DNA from: an uncultured Myxococcales bacterium
Lineage (GTDB): Bacteria; Myxococcota; Myxococcia; Myxococcales; Myxococcaceae
DNA: 64,000 bases
Assembly: GCA_937980205.1 (NCBI GenBank)
Contig: CALJKW010000016.1
Location: 201,735 to 265,734 of the forward strand
Reading direction: 5' to 3'
Shown here: positions 46,715-54,975 of the stretch, piece by piece
Layout: each line of letters starts with the position of its first letter
Position numbering within the stretch: position 1 is the stretch's first letter
Translations under genes and position numbers: made by a program
The notes under the pieces: generated by a model
What the model saw: only the letters and a program-made list of their open reading frames with translations
The model's database searches: none
Told to the model about the DNA's origin: nothing

Positions 46715-48250
46715 CTAGATCAACACCCCGGGATTGAGAATTCCGGCCGGATCCAGCTCCCGCTTCATCGCGGCGAGCGCGCGCGCGTAGGCCTCGGGTC
46801 GCTCGGTTCTCCAGCCGGGCAGGTGCACGCGCCCGACGGCGTGGTGGTGCGTCGCAGTTCCGCCGGCCTCGAGCAGCGTCTTCATCGCGACGTCCTTGAG
46901 CTCGGCCCACTGCTCGAGCTCTGCGCCGCGGCGGGCGCGGCCGACGAACGTGAAGTAGGGCGCCGGCCCGTCGGGGTAGACGTGCGTGAAGCGACACGAG
47001 ACGAGGCCGCCGCCGCAGACGCGCTCGAGCGCCGCGGACATGGCACCCGTCACGCGCTGGTACAGCGACGGAAACGCCGCCCACGTGCACGCGGTCTCGA
47101 ACGTGTCGGCGAGCACGCCGAGGCAGACGAGCGCGTCCTGCAGGTACGGGCCCTTCAAGAACGACGCGCGCCACGCCTCGCCGGCGGCCTTCTCGCGCGC
47201 GGCGCCGCCGTGGGCCGCGGCGATCGCGACGGCGCGCGCCAACCACGGCCCGACGTCGTGATCCGCCGACTCGAACGCGAGGACGAGGACGGAGGAGCCG
47301 TCGAAGGCGACTCCGTTCATCATCACCTCGTTGGCGTCGAGCAGCCGGCAGTTCGCCGGGTACAGCCCCGCCTGCGAGATCTCGCGCACCGCGGCGACGG
47401 CCGCGTCGAACGACTCGAAGTGCACCGAGGCGCCGGCGCGGAAGGTGGGCTTGAGCTGCACGCGCATCCACGCCTCGGTGATGACTCCGAGCGAGCCCTC
47501 GCTGCCCAGCACGAGGCGCTCGGGCTGAGGGCCGGCCCCGGAGGCGGGCAGCCGGCGCGTCGCCCACAGCCCGCGCGGCGTCACCATGCGCACCGCCTGC
47601 ACGAGGTCGTCGATGTGCGTGTAGAGCGTGGCGAAGTGCCCGCCCGCGCGCGTGGCGATCCACCCGCCGAGCGTCGAGAACTCGAACGACTGCGGGAAGT
47701 GCCGCAGCGTGAAGCCCTTCGCCTGCAGCTGATCCTCCAGCGCGGGGCCGAAGACCCCGGCCTGGATGCGCGCGGCCCGCGAGACGTCGTCGACCTCGAG
47801 CACGCGATCGAGGCGCCTCAAGTCCAGCGACACCGCCGCGCGGTGCGAGGGCCCCAGCCGCGGCTCGACGCCGCCGACGACGCTGGAGCCTCCGCCGAAG
47901 GGCGTCACCGACCACTGCTCGCGCTCGGCGATCTCGAGGACCAGCGAGAGCTCGCGCTCGTCGCGTGGGCTCGCGACGGCGTCGGGCGCGGCGGAGAAGT
48001 CGCCCCGAAAGCCGCGGATGCGATCGCAGTACGACTTGCCCCACGTGTGCGCCGCGCGCTCGGCGTCGGAGGCGGTGGCGAAGTCGCGCCAGGCCACGGG
48101 CAGCTCGGCGCGCACCGCGGGCAGCACGAGCTCGGTGGACGCGCGTTCAGGCGTCACCTCGCCGACGAGCGGCATCACGCGCGCGGCGGTCTCTCCCAGA
48201 TCCGGCAGCTGGTCCGCATGTCCCCATCCCCACAGGCTTCTTAGAGGCAT
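46715..48250 (-). CDS. FAD-linked oxidase (PCMH-type FAD-binding domain; alkyl-DHAP-synthase / D-lactate-dehydrogenase-like)
   Basis: The FAD-binding domain region (TPFGGGSSVVGG ... GGWIATRAGGHFATLYTHIDDLV) and a C-terminal oxidase domain. ATG at 48250. Confidence 0.7.
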   Translation of the reverse strand: MPLRSLWGWGHADQLPDLGETAARVMPLVGEVTPERASTELVLPAVRAELPVAWRDFATASDAERAAHTWGKSYCDRIRGFRGDFSAAPDAVASPRDERELSLVLEIAEREQWSVTPFGGGSSVVGGVEPRLGPSHRAAVSLDLRRLDRVLEVDDVSRAARIQAGVFGPALEDQLQAKGFTLRHFPQSFEFSTLGGWIATRAGGHFATLYTHIDDLVQAVRMVTPRGLWATRRLPASGAGPQPERLVLGSEGSLGVITEAWMRVQLKPTFRAGASVHFESFDAAVAAVREISQAGLYPANCRLLDANEVMMNGVAFDGSSVLVLAFESADHDVGPWLARAVAIAAAHGGAAREKAAGEAWRASFLKGPYLQDALVCLGVLADTFETACTWAAFPSLYQRVTGAMSAALERVCGGGLVSCRFTHVYPDGPAPYFTFVGRARRGAELEQWAELKDVAMKTLLEAGGTATHHHAVGRVHLPGWRTERPEAYARALAAMKRELDPAGILNPGVLI

Positions 48251-48303
48251 GGCGGGGCACGAAAGCACGCGGCCCACAGACGTGCTATGGGCGCGCGCCA
48301 CCC

Positions 48304-48879
48304 ATGGTCGAGGCGCTCCCCGGCGTGTTCAGGTTGTTCAGCGAAGAGCCGATGCTGTCGGTGCAGGCGAAGGGCTTCTCGCGCTTCATCCTCTCGGGCA
48401 GCGTGCCCGAGCACCGCGACCCGGGCTTGCGGCTCGAGTGCAGCCGCGGAGACGCGACGGCTCCGCTCGCCGAGCGCAGCACGCCGTGGGATGCCTTCCG
48501 CGCCCTCGAGAAGAACCTCCCGCGCGGAGTCCACGCGCGCGCCGCCGACTCGGCCGACGGCCTCGACGTCCGCCTCACCGAGACCATCGTCCCCGCCGCG
48601 CGGCTGCCGGCCGTGCAGGTGTTCTCCACCGACTTGAAGCAGCGCGTGAAGCGGCTCGACGACAACCGCTTCGAGCTGTGCGGCCCCACCGGAGCCGCCT
48701 GCCTCATCACCCTCAAGGTCGACGCCCGCCGCACCATCGTCCCTGTGCCGAAGGGCTTCGGCGCCGCCGCGACCGCCTCGCTCATCGCCGAGCGCGTGCC
48801 CGCCGGCTACCACGCCGAGGTCGACGGGGCCGTCGTGTCTGTCTGGAAGAACGCGGACTTGCACACGCTCGCGGCGTAA
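48304..48879 (+). CDS. Hypothetical protein
   Basis: 191-aa ORF divergent from the FAD-oxidase operon. No domain recognised. Confidence 0.35.
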   Translation: MVEALPGVFRLFSEEPMLSVQAKGFSRFILSGSVPEHRDPGLRLECSRGDATAPLAERSTPWDAFRALEKNLPRGVHARAADSADGLDVRLTETIVPAARLPAVQVFSTDLKQRVKRLDDNRFELCGPTGAACLITLKVDARRTIVPVPKGFGAAATASLIAERVPAGYHAEVDGAVVSVWKNADLHTLAA

Positions 48880-48916
48880 AGAACGTCAAAGTTGTTTGCA
48901 GGCGACTGGCGCAACC

Positions 48917-49633
48917 ATGTCGCACCCAGGGCGGACAATGTGGGTGATGGACACCTGCGCTCCCCGACCTGCCAACTTCGACTCGTACGAACCCATCCTC
49001 ACCTGCGACCCGCAGCACCTCCCGACGGAGAGAGTCGCCTTCAACCAGGCCTCGCACGCGCGGGTCGAGCTCGTCAGCGCGGACAAGCGGCTCGAGGCGG
49101 CGATGGTCGGCTACAGCATGCTGACGATGCTGGCGTACGTCGACGATGCGGGCCCGTTCGACGCGTTTCTGGCGCTGAAGGTCGACGGCAACTTCATCAC
49201 CCTCGCGCTGCACAAGGGCATGAGCCGCGATGACATCGTGCACGAGCTGCGGCGCTGTCTGCCGTTGGGCTACGAGGCCGCGACGCGCGAGGGCTCGCTG
49301 TCGGAAGTGCTGATGGTGAACATCCTGCGGCCGGCCGAGAACCCGGACCCGGAGCTTCACTTCCTCTCGACGGACCCCGGCCAGCAGTTCAAGTGGATGG
49401 GCCGCAACAAGCTGCGCATCGAGGGGCGCGCGACGCGCGGCCAGTCGATTCGCTCGCACCTCGAGATGTTCGTCGAGGGGTACCGCGTGCGCCTGCCCCT
49501 CGGCGGCGGAGACTTCCCCATCACCACCGCGAAGCGCCTGCGCGACGCCCTGCCGAAGAAGTACTCGGCGCTCATCGAGCTGCCGATGACGGCGGGCGGC
49601 GACGTGATCGTCACGATCCGCCGGCGCGGCTAA
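48917..49633 (+). CDS. Hypothetical protein
   Basis: About 238 aa of non-repetitive sequence. It ends just before a palindrome-rich spacer. Confidence 0.35.
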   Translation: MSHPGRTMWVMDTCAPRPANFDSYEPILTCDPQHLPTERVAFNQASHARVELVSADKRLEAAMVGYSMLTMLAYVDDAGPFDAFLALKVDGNFITLALHKGMSRDDIVHELRRCLPLGYEAATREGSLSEVLMVNILRPAENPDPELHFLSTDPGQQFKWMGRNKLRIEGRATRGQSIRSHLEMFVEGYRVRLPLGGGDFPITTAKRLRDALPKKYSALIELPMTAGGDVIVTIRRRG

Positions 49634-49722
49634 AAAAGGGGCCAGTCCCCATTCTGAGACGATCGTCTCAAAAAGATGCCTGTCCCCCTTTGGGGCGCTG
49701 GTAACCTCCCGCCATCGCTCAC

Positions 49723-50097
49723 TGGATCCTGAAATCGGAGCCGACGGAGTACGCGTTCTCGCAGCTCGTCGCTGACGGCCGCACGGCGTGGACGGGCATC
49801 AAGAACCCGCTCGCGCGCAAGAACCTGGCGTCGATGAAGCCGGGCGAGCTCGCGCTCTTCTACCACACGGGCAAGGACAAGGCCGTCGTCGGGGTCGCGC
49901 GCGTCCTGAAGGCCGAAGGCGAAGACGTCGAGCTCGGGCCGGTGAAGCCGCTGGCCGAGCCGGTGCCGCTCGCCACGCTGAAGGCGAAGGCCGCGACCAA
50001 GAACATCTCCGTCGTGAAGATGGGCCGGCTGTCGGTCGGAGCCCTGAAGGACTCCGAGCTCAAGGCCGTGCTCCAGCTGGGCAAGACCAGACTCTGA
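49723..50097 (+). CDS. EVE (PUA-like) domain protein. No canonical start codon is present at the expected N-terminus.
   Basis: WILKSEPTEYAFSQLVADGRTAWTGIKNPLARKNLASMKPGELALFYHTGKDKAVVGVARV matches the EVE-domain N-terminus. In this frame the only ATG/GTG/TTG between the upstream stop (49702-49704) and 50097 is the ATG at 49834, which would remove about 37 conserved residues. Confidence 0.5.
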   Translation, partial: WILKSEPTEYAFSQLVADGRTAWTGIKNPLARKNLASMKPGELALFYHTGKDKAVVGVARVLKAEGEDVELGPVKPLAEPVPLATLKAKAATKNISVVKMGRLSVGALKDSELKAVLQLGKTRL

Positions 50098-50113
50098 AGG
50101 AGGGCTGCCGCAA

Positions 50114-50848
50114 GTGCACATCGTGCCGGGGTTGCTCATCGCGGGCGGCGTCGTGCTGCTCATCGCGTTCGCGTTCTTCTGGTGGGGCCGCTCGAGCATG
50201 CTGAAGGCGAAGCGGATCGAGGACACGCCCACGACTCCGTGCCGCAACGTGACCGACGGCTTCGTCGAGGTGAAGGGCCGCGTGAAGGGCGCCGCGCGGC
50301 TCTTGACCAGCCCGCTCGCGAAGCGGCCGTGCGTCTACTACCGCTTTCACGTCGAAGAGCACGTGCAGCGCGGCAAGAACTCGTACTGGCGCACCGTCGT
50401 CGACGACAAGCAGTGCTGCGGGCTGCTCATCGACGACGCCAGCCAGTCGCCGGTCATCGTCAACCTGATGGGCGCCGATCTGCACCTGAAGCCCGACACG
50501 CACGCGCGCTCCGGCTTCATGAAGGACGCGCCGCCCGAGTTCGAGGCCACGCTCGCCGAGTACGGGCGCTCATCGCAGGGGCTCATCTTCAACAAGACGA
50601 TGCGGTACTCCGAGACGATCCTCGAAGAGGGAGACGAGCTCTACGTGCTCGGCACCGCGCAGCGCGAGCCCGGCGGCAAGGTCACCATCGACAAGGGGAA
50701 CGACCTGTTCATCGTCTCCGACCAGAGCGAGGAGCAGCTCACGCGCGGCTTCCACAACCGCAAGCTCGGCGGCTTCATCACCGCCGGCGTCCTCGGCGCG
50801 GGCGGCCTGGTCCTCTGCATCATGAGCGTCGCGAGCCGTTCGTTCTAA
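50114..50848 (+). CDS. GIDE-domain-like membrane protein with N- and C-terminal transmembrane helices
   Basis: GTG start. A transmembrane helix, then GFVEVKGRVKGAARLLTSPLAKRPCVYYRFHVEE...LLIDDASQSPVIV, then a C-terminal transmembrane helix. Confidence 0.5.
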   Translation: MHIVPGLLIAGGVVLLIAFAFFWWGRSSMLKAKRIEDTPTTPCRNVTDGFVEVKGRVKGAARLLTSPLAKRPCVYYRFHVEEHVQRGKNSYWRTVVDDKQCCGLLIDDASQSPVIVNLMGADLHLKPDTHARSGFMKDAPPEFEATLAEYGRSSQGLIFNKTMRYSETILEEGDELYVLGTAQREPGGKVTIDKGNDLFIVSDQSEEQLTRGFHNRKLGGFITAGVLGAGGLVLCIMSVASRSF

Positions 50849-50905
50849 AGAAGCGGCCGTGGCATAAGGGAGCTGTCGGGCCGGGAAGGGTCGTCAGTCG
50901 AGGTC

Positions 50906-53464
50906 GTGAGTCGCCGCGCACTCCCGGTCATCGCCGTCATGCTGGCGGCTGCCTGCCGCTGCGAGCCGCCGCCGGTGATGAGCGACGGAGAGCTCCGCGC
51001 TGCTCCGGCCGAGCTCGACTTCGGCGCCGTGCCGCTGCAGGCGTCGCTCACGCTCGACGTCGAGGTGACGAACACCGGCAAGGCGACGCGCGCGGTCGCG
51101 GTGACGGTCGACGGCCCGTTCACGGCAGCCGCGATGCTCGAGGTGCCCGGTGGAGCGAGCGTGAAGGTAGAGGTGACGTTCGCTCCGGTGGCGTTGGGCC
51201 AGGCGCCGGGCGTGCTGCACGTGGGCGACGTCGACGTCGCGCTGCGCGGCTCGGGCGCCCCGCCGTGCAGCACGTCGGTGCGGTGCCGGGCGTCGGCCTT
51301 CGATCCCATGACTCGCACGTGCGTGGAGTCGGCGCTGCCGAACGGCACGGCGTGCGCGAACCCCTGCCTCACCGCGGCGAGCTGTCAGGGCGGCGTGTGC
51401 GTCGGCAACGCCGCCGCGTGCGACGACGGTGACGCGTGCACGGTCGACGCCTGCTCCGAGGAGGGCACCTGCCTGCGCACGCCGCGCGTGTGCCCGGTGA
51501 TCGACGCCTGCCAGGTGGCGACGTGCGACACGACGAGCGGGTGCGGCTCGACGGCCGTGCAGGACGGGACCTCGTGCGGCGCCGAGACCTGCTCCGAGGC
51601 GCGGGTCTGCATCAACGGCGCGTGCACGACGAAGCCGAAGCCGAACGCCGCGACCGACTGCGTGTACAGCGAGGTCGTCGCCGGCGCGAACCACACGTGC
51701 GTGCGCAGCGTCGGCGCCGACGTCTACTGCTGGGGCCGGCCGGCCGGCTTCGGCACGACGACCAGCTACCTCGTGGCGCGGCAGCAGGTGCCCTCGCTCG
51801 CCGCTGCGGTGACGCTGTACGCCGGGCTCAACCGCACCTGCGCGCTGTTCGACGGCGGCACGTACGTGTGCTCCGGCGGCAGCGCGGCGAGCGGTGCGTT
51901 CAGCGGGCCGGTGAAGAAGTACGAAGGCGACTGCGCGCTGCTCGAGGGCGGCTCGATCGAGTGCGCGCAGGGGTTCAGGTACGTGCCGGACAGCGGCATG
52001 TTCGACGCGGGCGCCGCCGTCGGCCTGGTGCGCACGGGCGATCACGTCTGCCTCGCGCTCGACAACGGCACCGCCGAGTGTCGCGCGAGGGGCGGCGATC
52101 ACCCGGGGCAGCCGGTGACCTTCGACGCGGTGCCGGAAGGGTTCTTCGCGCCGGGCTCGTACCCCCTGGTGCTGTGCGGGCTGCTGCCGGGCGGGAAGCT
52201 GCAGTGCATCGGGTCGAGCCCGGTGACGCTGGCGGATGCGGGCGTCGTCGCCGTCGGGGGGGCGGCGAGCCTCGTCTGCTGGGCCGACGCGGCGAAGCTG
52301 TGGTGCCAGGAGATGCTGAACGGAGGCGCCGTGGGGCCGAAGACGGAGATCCCCATGCCCGCGCCCGTGCGGATGATCACCCAGCACGGGCACTCACACG
52401 TCTGTGCGCTCACCGTCACGAACGAGGCCTGGTGCTGGGGTGACAACCAGAACGGGCAGCTGGGAGATCGCAGCCCCCAGCCGCGCGGCCTCGTCGAGCT
52501 CACGGCGCCGGCGCCGATCGATCGCCTCGCGGCGGGCCAGCAGACGACCGTGGTGCTCGCCGGCTCGGAGCTCTGGTCGCATGGCACGCAGCTCTTGAAG
52601 CTCGACGGCGGCGTCAGCACCGGGCCGTCGGGCGCAGGCACGGCGATGCTCGGAGCTCCGCCTCCGTTCTCTGGCCTGACGGTCATGCGGAACCTGGCGT
52701 GCCTGCAGCTCACCGACGGGGGCGTGTCGTGCTGGGGTGGCCGGCCGACCTGGTTCGATCCGGAGCCGCTGACTGCGGTGGCGCTGCCGGCGCCGGCGAG
52801 CCGGCCGTCGCTGTGCGGCCATTACTCGCCGCTGTGCACGGTCGCCGGCGGGCAGGTCTTCGGCCTCGGGCGATTTGCGCCGGGGCCGGCGGTGCCCGGG
52901 CCGACGGGCGCGCGGCAGATCGAAGGGCAGACCGTGCTGAACCTCGACGGCGGAGTCGACACGCTGAAGTTCGTGCCGATGATGATGATGTCGACGTACG
53001 TCGGCGTCCCGGTGCCGCTGCCTCGCCCGGTCACGCGGCTCTCGGCGCAGCTCGACGGCATCATGGACGGCATGCCGTGCGGTCAGCTCGACGACGGCCG
53101 GGTGATGTGCTGGTCGTGCAACGGTCTGGGCGTGTGCCAGCCGGCGGTGCCGGTGGCGGGCCTGTTGCCGTTCACGCGCGCGCTGGTCGGCTCGACGTCG
53201 TTCGGCTGCGCGCTGTTCGGCGCGAACGGCGTGCGCTGCTGGGGCGACAACACGTACGGCCAGCTCGGGCGCGACGGGCCGTCGTCATGGCTCACCGCGC
53301 TCGACGTCGCGATGCCCGACGTGATCGACGAGATCGCGGCCAGCTCCACGCACGTGTGCGTGAGGACCGCGTCGCGGCGCGTGTACTGCTGGGGCGACAA
53401 CACGCTGGGGCAGCTCGGGTTCGAGCCGCTGAGGTTCAGCGGCGTGCCGCTGCGGGTGCAGTGA
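50906..53464 (+). CDS. Secreted protein with an N-terminal Cys-rich repeat region followed by RCC1-like (beta-propeller) repeats
   Basis: Repeated C..G.C / DACTVDAC / CQVATCD units, then multiple CWGDNxxGQLG RCC1 signatures. Confidence 0.7.
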   Translation: MSRRALPVIAVMLAAACRCEPPPVMSDGELRAAPAELDFGAVPLQASLTLDVEVTNTGKATRAVAVTVDGPFTAAAMLEVPGGASVKVEVTFAPVALGQAPGVLHVGDVDVALRGSGAPPCSTSVRCRASAFDPMTRTCVESALPNGTACANPCLTAASCQGGVCVGNAAACDDGDACTVDACSEEGTCLRTPRVCPVIDACQVATCDTTSGCGSTAVQDGTSCGAETCSEARVCINGACTTKPKPNAATDCVYSEVVAGANHTCVRSVGADVYCWGRPAGFGTTTSYLVARQQVPSLAAAVTLYAGLNRTCALFDGGTYVCSGGSAASGAFSGPVKKYEGDCALLEGGSIECAQGFRYVPDSGMFDAGAAVGLVRTGDHVCLALDNGTAECRARGGDHPGQPVTFDAVPEGFFAPGSYPLVLCGLLPGGKLQCIGSSPVTLADAGVVAVGGAASLVCWADAAKLWCQEMLNGGAVGPKTEIPMPAPVRMITQHGHSHVCALTVTNEAWCWGDNQNGQLGDRSPQPRGLVELTAPAPIDRLAAGQQTTVVLAGSELWSHGTQLLKLDGGVSTGPSGAGTAMLGAPPPFSGLTVMRNLACLQLTDGGVSCWGGRPTWFDPEPLTAVALPAPASRPSLCGHYSPLCTVAGGQVFGLGRFAPGPAVPGPTGARQIEGQTVLNLDGGVDTLKFVPMMMMSTYVGVPVPLPRPVTRLSAQLDGIMDGMPCGQLDDGRVMCWSCNGLGVCQPAVPVAGLLPFTRALVGSTSFGCALFGANGVRCWGDNTYGQLGRDGPSSWLTALDVAMPDVIDEIAASSTHVCVRTASRRVYCWGDNTLGQLGFEPLRFSGVPLRVQ

Positions 53465-53479
53465 CGCCGCTCGCGCGGC

Positions 53480-54748
53480 TCACCCGTTCATCGCCTCGGC
53501 GACGAGCTCTTCGAGCCGGCTGAGCGCGGTCTCGAGCGTCTGCTTGCCGGGGCCGAACGAGAACCGCACGTACTGGCGGAAGCGCGAGGCGCGGGCGCTG
53601 CGGCGCTTGCCGGGGTTCACGTCGAAGAACTCGCCCGGCACCACGATGACCTTCTTCTGCAGCGCGGCGCGGAAGAAGCCCATGCCGTCGGAGAGCTTGC
53701 CCGGCAGGTGCGAGACGTTGCCCCAGACGTAGAAGGTGCCGTCGGGCGCGCGGTCGACGCGGACGCCGAGCCGCTGCAGGCGGGACAGCATGAGATCTCT
53801 CTTGTCGCGGAACACGGCGTGAATCGCCTTCGTCTCGGCCTCGACGGCGGACGGCTCGAACAGCTGCAGCGCCGCGCGCTGAATCGGGCGGCCCGCGCCG
53901 CCATCGAGGAAGCTGCCGGCGGAGGCGACGGCGTCGATGATCGGCTTGGGGCCGACCGTCCACGTCACGCGCCAGCCGGGGTAGCGCCAGTTCTTGGTGA
54001 GGCCGTCGAACAGGATGATCGGATCCTTGTTCACGTCTTCGACGAACCGGGCGGCGCTCTCGACGGGCAGGGTGCCGGGCGGCGAGTTCCAGACGTAGTG
54101 CGAGTAGAACTCGTCGATCAGCATCGCGCAGTCGAGCTCGCGCGACAGGCGCACCCACGCCTCGAGCTCTTTGCCGCCGATGGCCTTGCCGGTCGGGTTG
54201 CACGGGTTCGAGAGCAGGAGCGCCGAGAGGCCGCGGCCCTGCACCTCGCGCTTGAGCTCGTCGACGGTGAACGCGTAGCCGCGCTCTCCCTCGAGCAGAA
54301 TGGGGATGGCGGTGAACGCCTTGAAGACGTCGAGCAGCTCTTCGTAGGCGGTGTAGTCGGGGAGGAAGTGGCCGAGGTTGACGTGACCGAGCGCGGCGGC
54401 GGCGCGGGTGAGCGCGGTGCGGCCTCCGCCGGAGACGGCGACGTTCTCGGCGGTGTACTGGCTCTTCATGCCGCGGCGGAAGAGGCGGTTGTAGAGGCCG
54501 GCGATGGCCTCGCGGAGCTCTCCGACTCCGGCGACGGGCGCGTACTCGAGGTCGTCGACGTCGACGGCGACGGTGTGCACGCGCGGCGGAGCGCCGGGCA
54601 GCGGCCCGGTCTCGGGCTGGCCCTGGCCGAGGTTGCACCACTCGGGATCTTTCGGGTTGAAGCCGAGGCGCGTGGCTTCGGTGGTGACGTAGATGACTCC
54701 GGTGCGGGGCACCGGGCGGAAGGCGGCGAAGTTGGTTTCGTCGGTCAA
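53480..54748 (-). CDS. Pyridoxal-phosphate-dependent aminotransferase (class I/II fold)
   Basis: 422 aa. The Lys motif region LTKNWRYPGWRVTW and the overall aminotransferase pattern are present. The ATGA start overlaps the stop of the upstream glutaredoxin-like gene. Confidence 0.75.
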   Translation of the reverse strand: MTDETNFAAFRPVPRTGVIYVTTEATRLGFNPKDPEWCNLGQGQPETGPLPGAPPRVHTVAVDVDDLEYAPVAGVGELREAIAGLYNRLFRRGMKSQYTAENVAVSGGGRTALTRAAAALGHVNLGHFLPDYTAYEELLDVFKAFTAIPILLEGERGYAFTVDELKREVQGRGLSALLLSNPCNPTGKAIGGKELEAWVRLSRELDCAMLIDEFYSHYVWNSPPGTLPVESAARFVEDVNKDPIILFDGLTKNWRYPGWRVTWTVGPKPIIDAVASAGSFLDGGAGRPIQRAALQLFEPSAVEAETKAIHAVFRDKRDLMLSRLQRLGVRVDRAPDGTFYVWGNVSHLPGKLSDGMGFFRAALQKKVIVVPGEFFDVNPGKRRSARASRFRQYVRFSFGPGKQTLETALSRLEELVAEAMNG

Positions 54749-54975
54749 GAGAGCACTCTGAGCACATCGTCGAGCGTGAACTTCAGCTCGAGCACGTCGT
54801 TGTTACCGATACGTATCACCGGCACGCGGTACCGGTAGCGCTGGAAGAGCGCGTCATCGCGGTAGATGTCGATCTTCTCCACCTCGAACGACATGTGGGC
54901 ACGCGCCTCGTCGAGCAGCTCTTCCGCTTCTTCACAGAGGGGGCAACCGGCCTTGGTGTAGAAGAGGAGTCTCAT
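54745..54975 (-). CDS. Glutaredoxin-like small protein (CPLC active site; DUF836/Grx2-like)
   Basis: MRLLFYTKAGCPLCEEAEELL. The ATG at 54975 is preferred. The alternative at 55014 would give MSGIVAKSPYSPF-. Confidence 0.6.
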   Translation of the reverse strand: MRLLFYTKAGCPLCEEAEELLDEARAHMSFEVEKIDIYRDDALFQRYRYRVPVIRIGNNDVLELKFTLDDVLRVLS

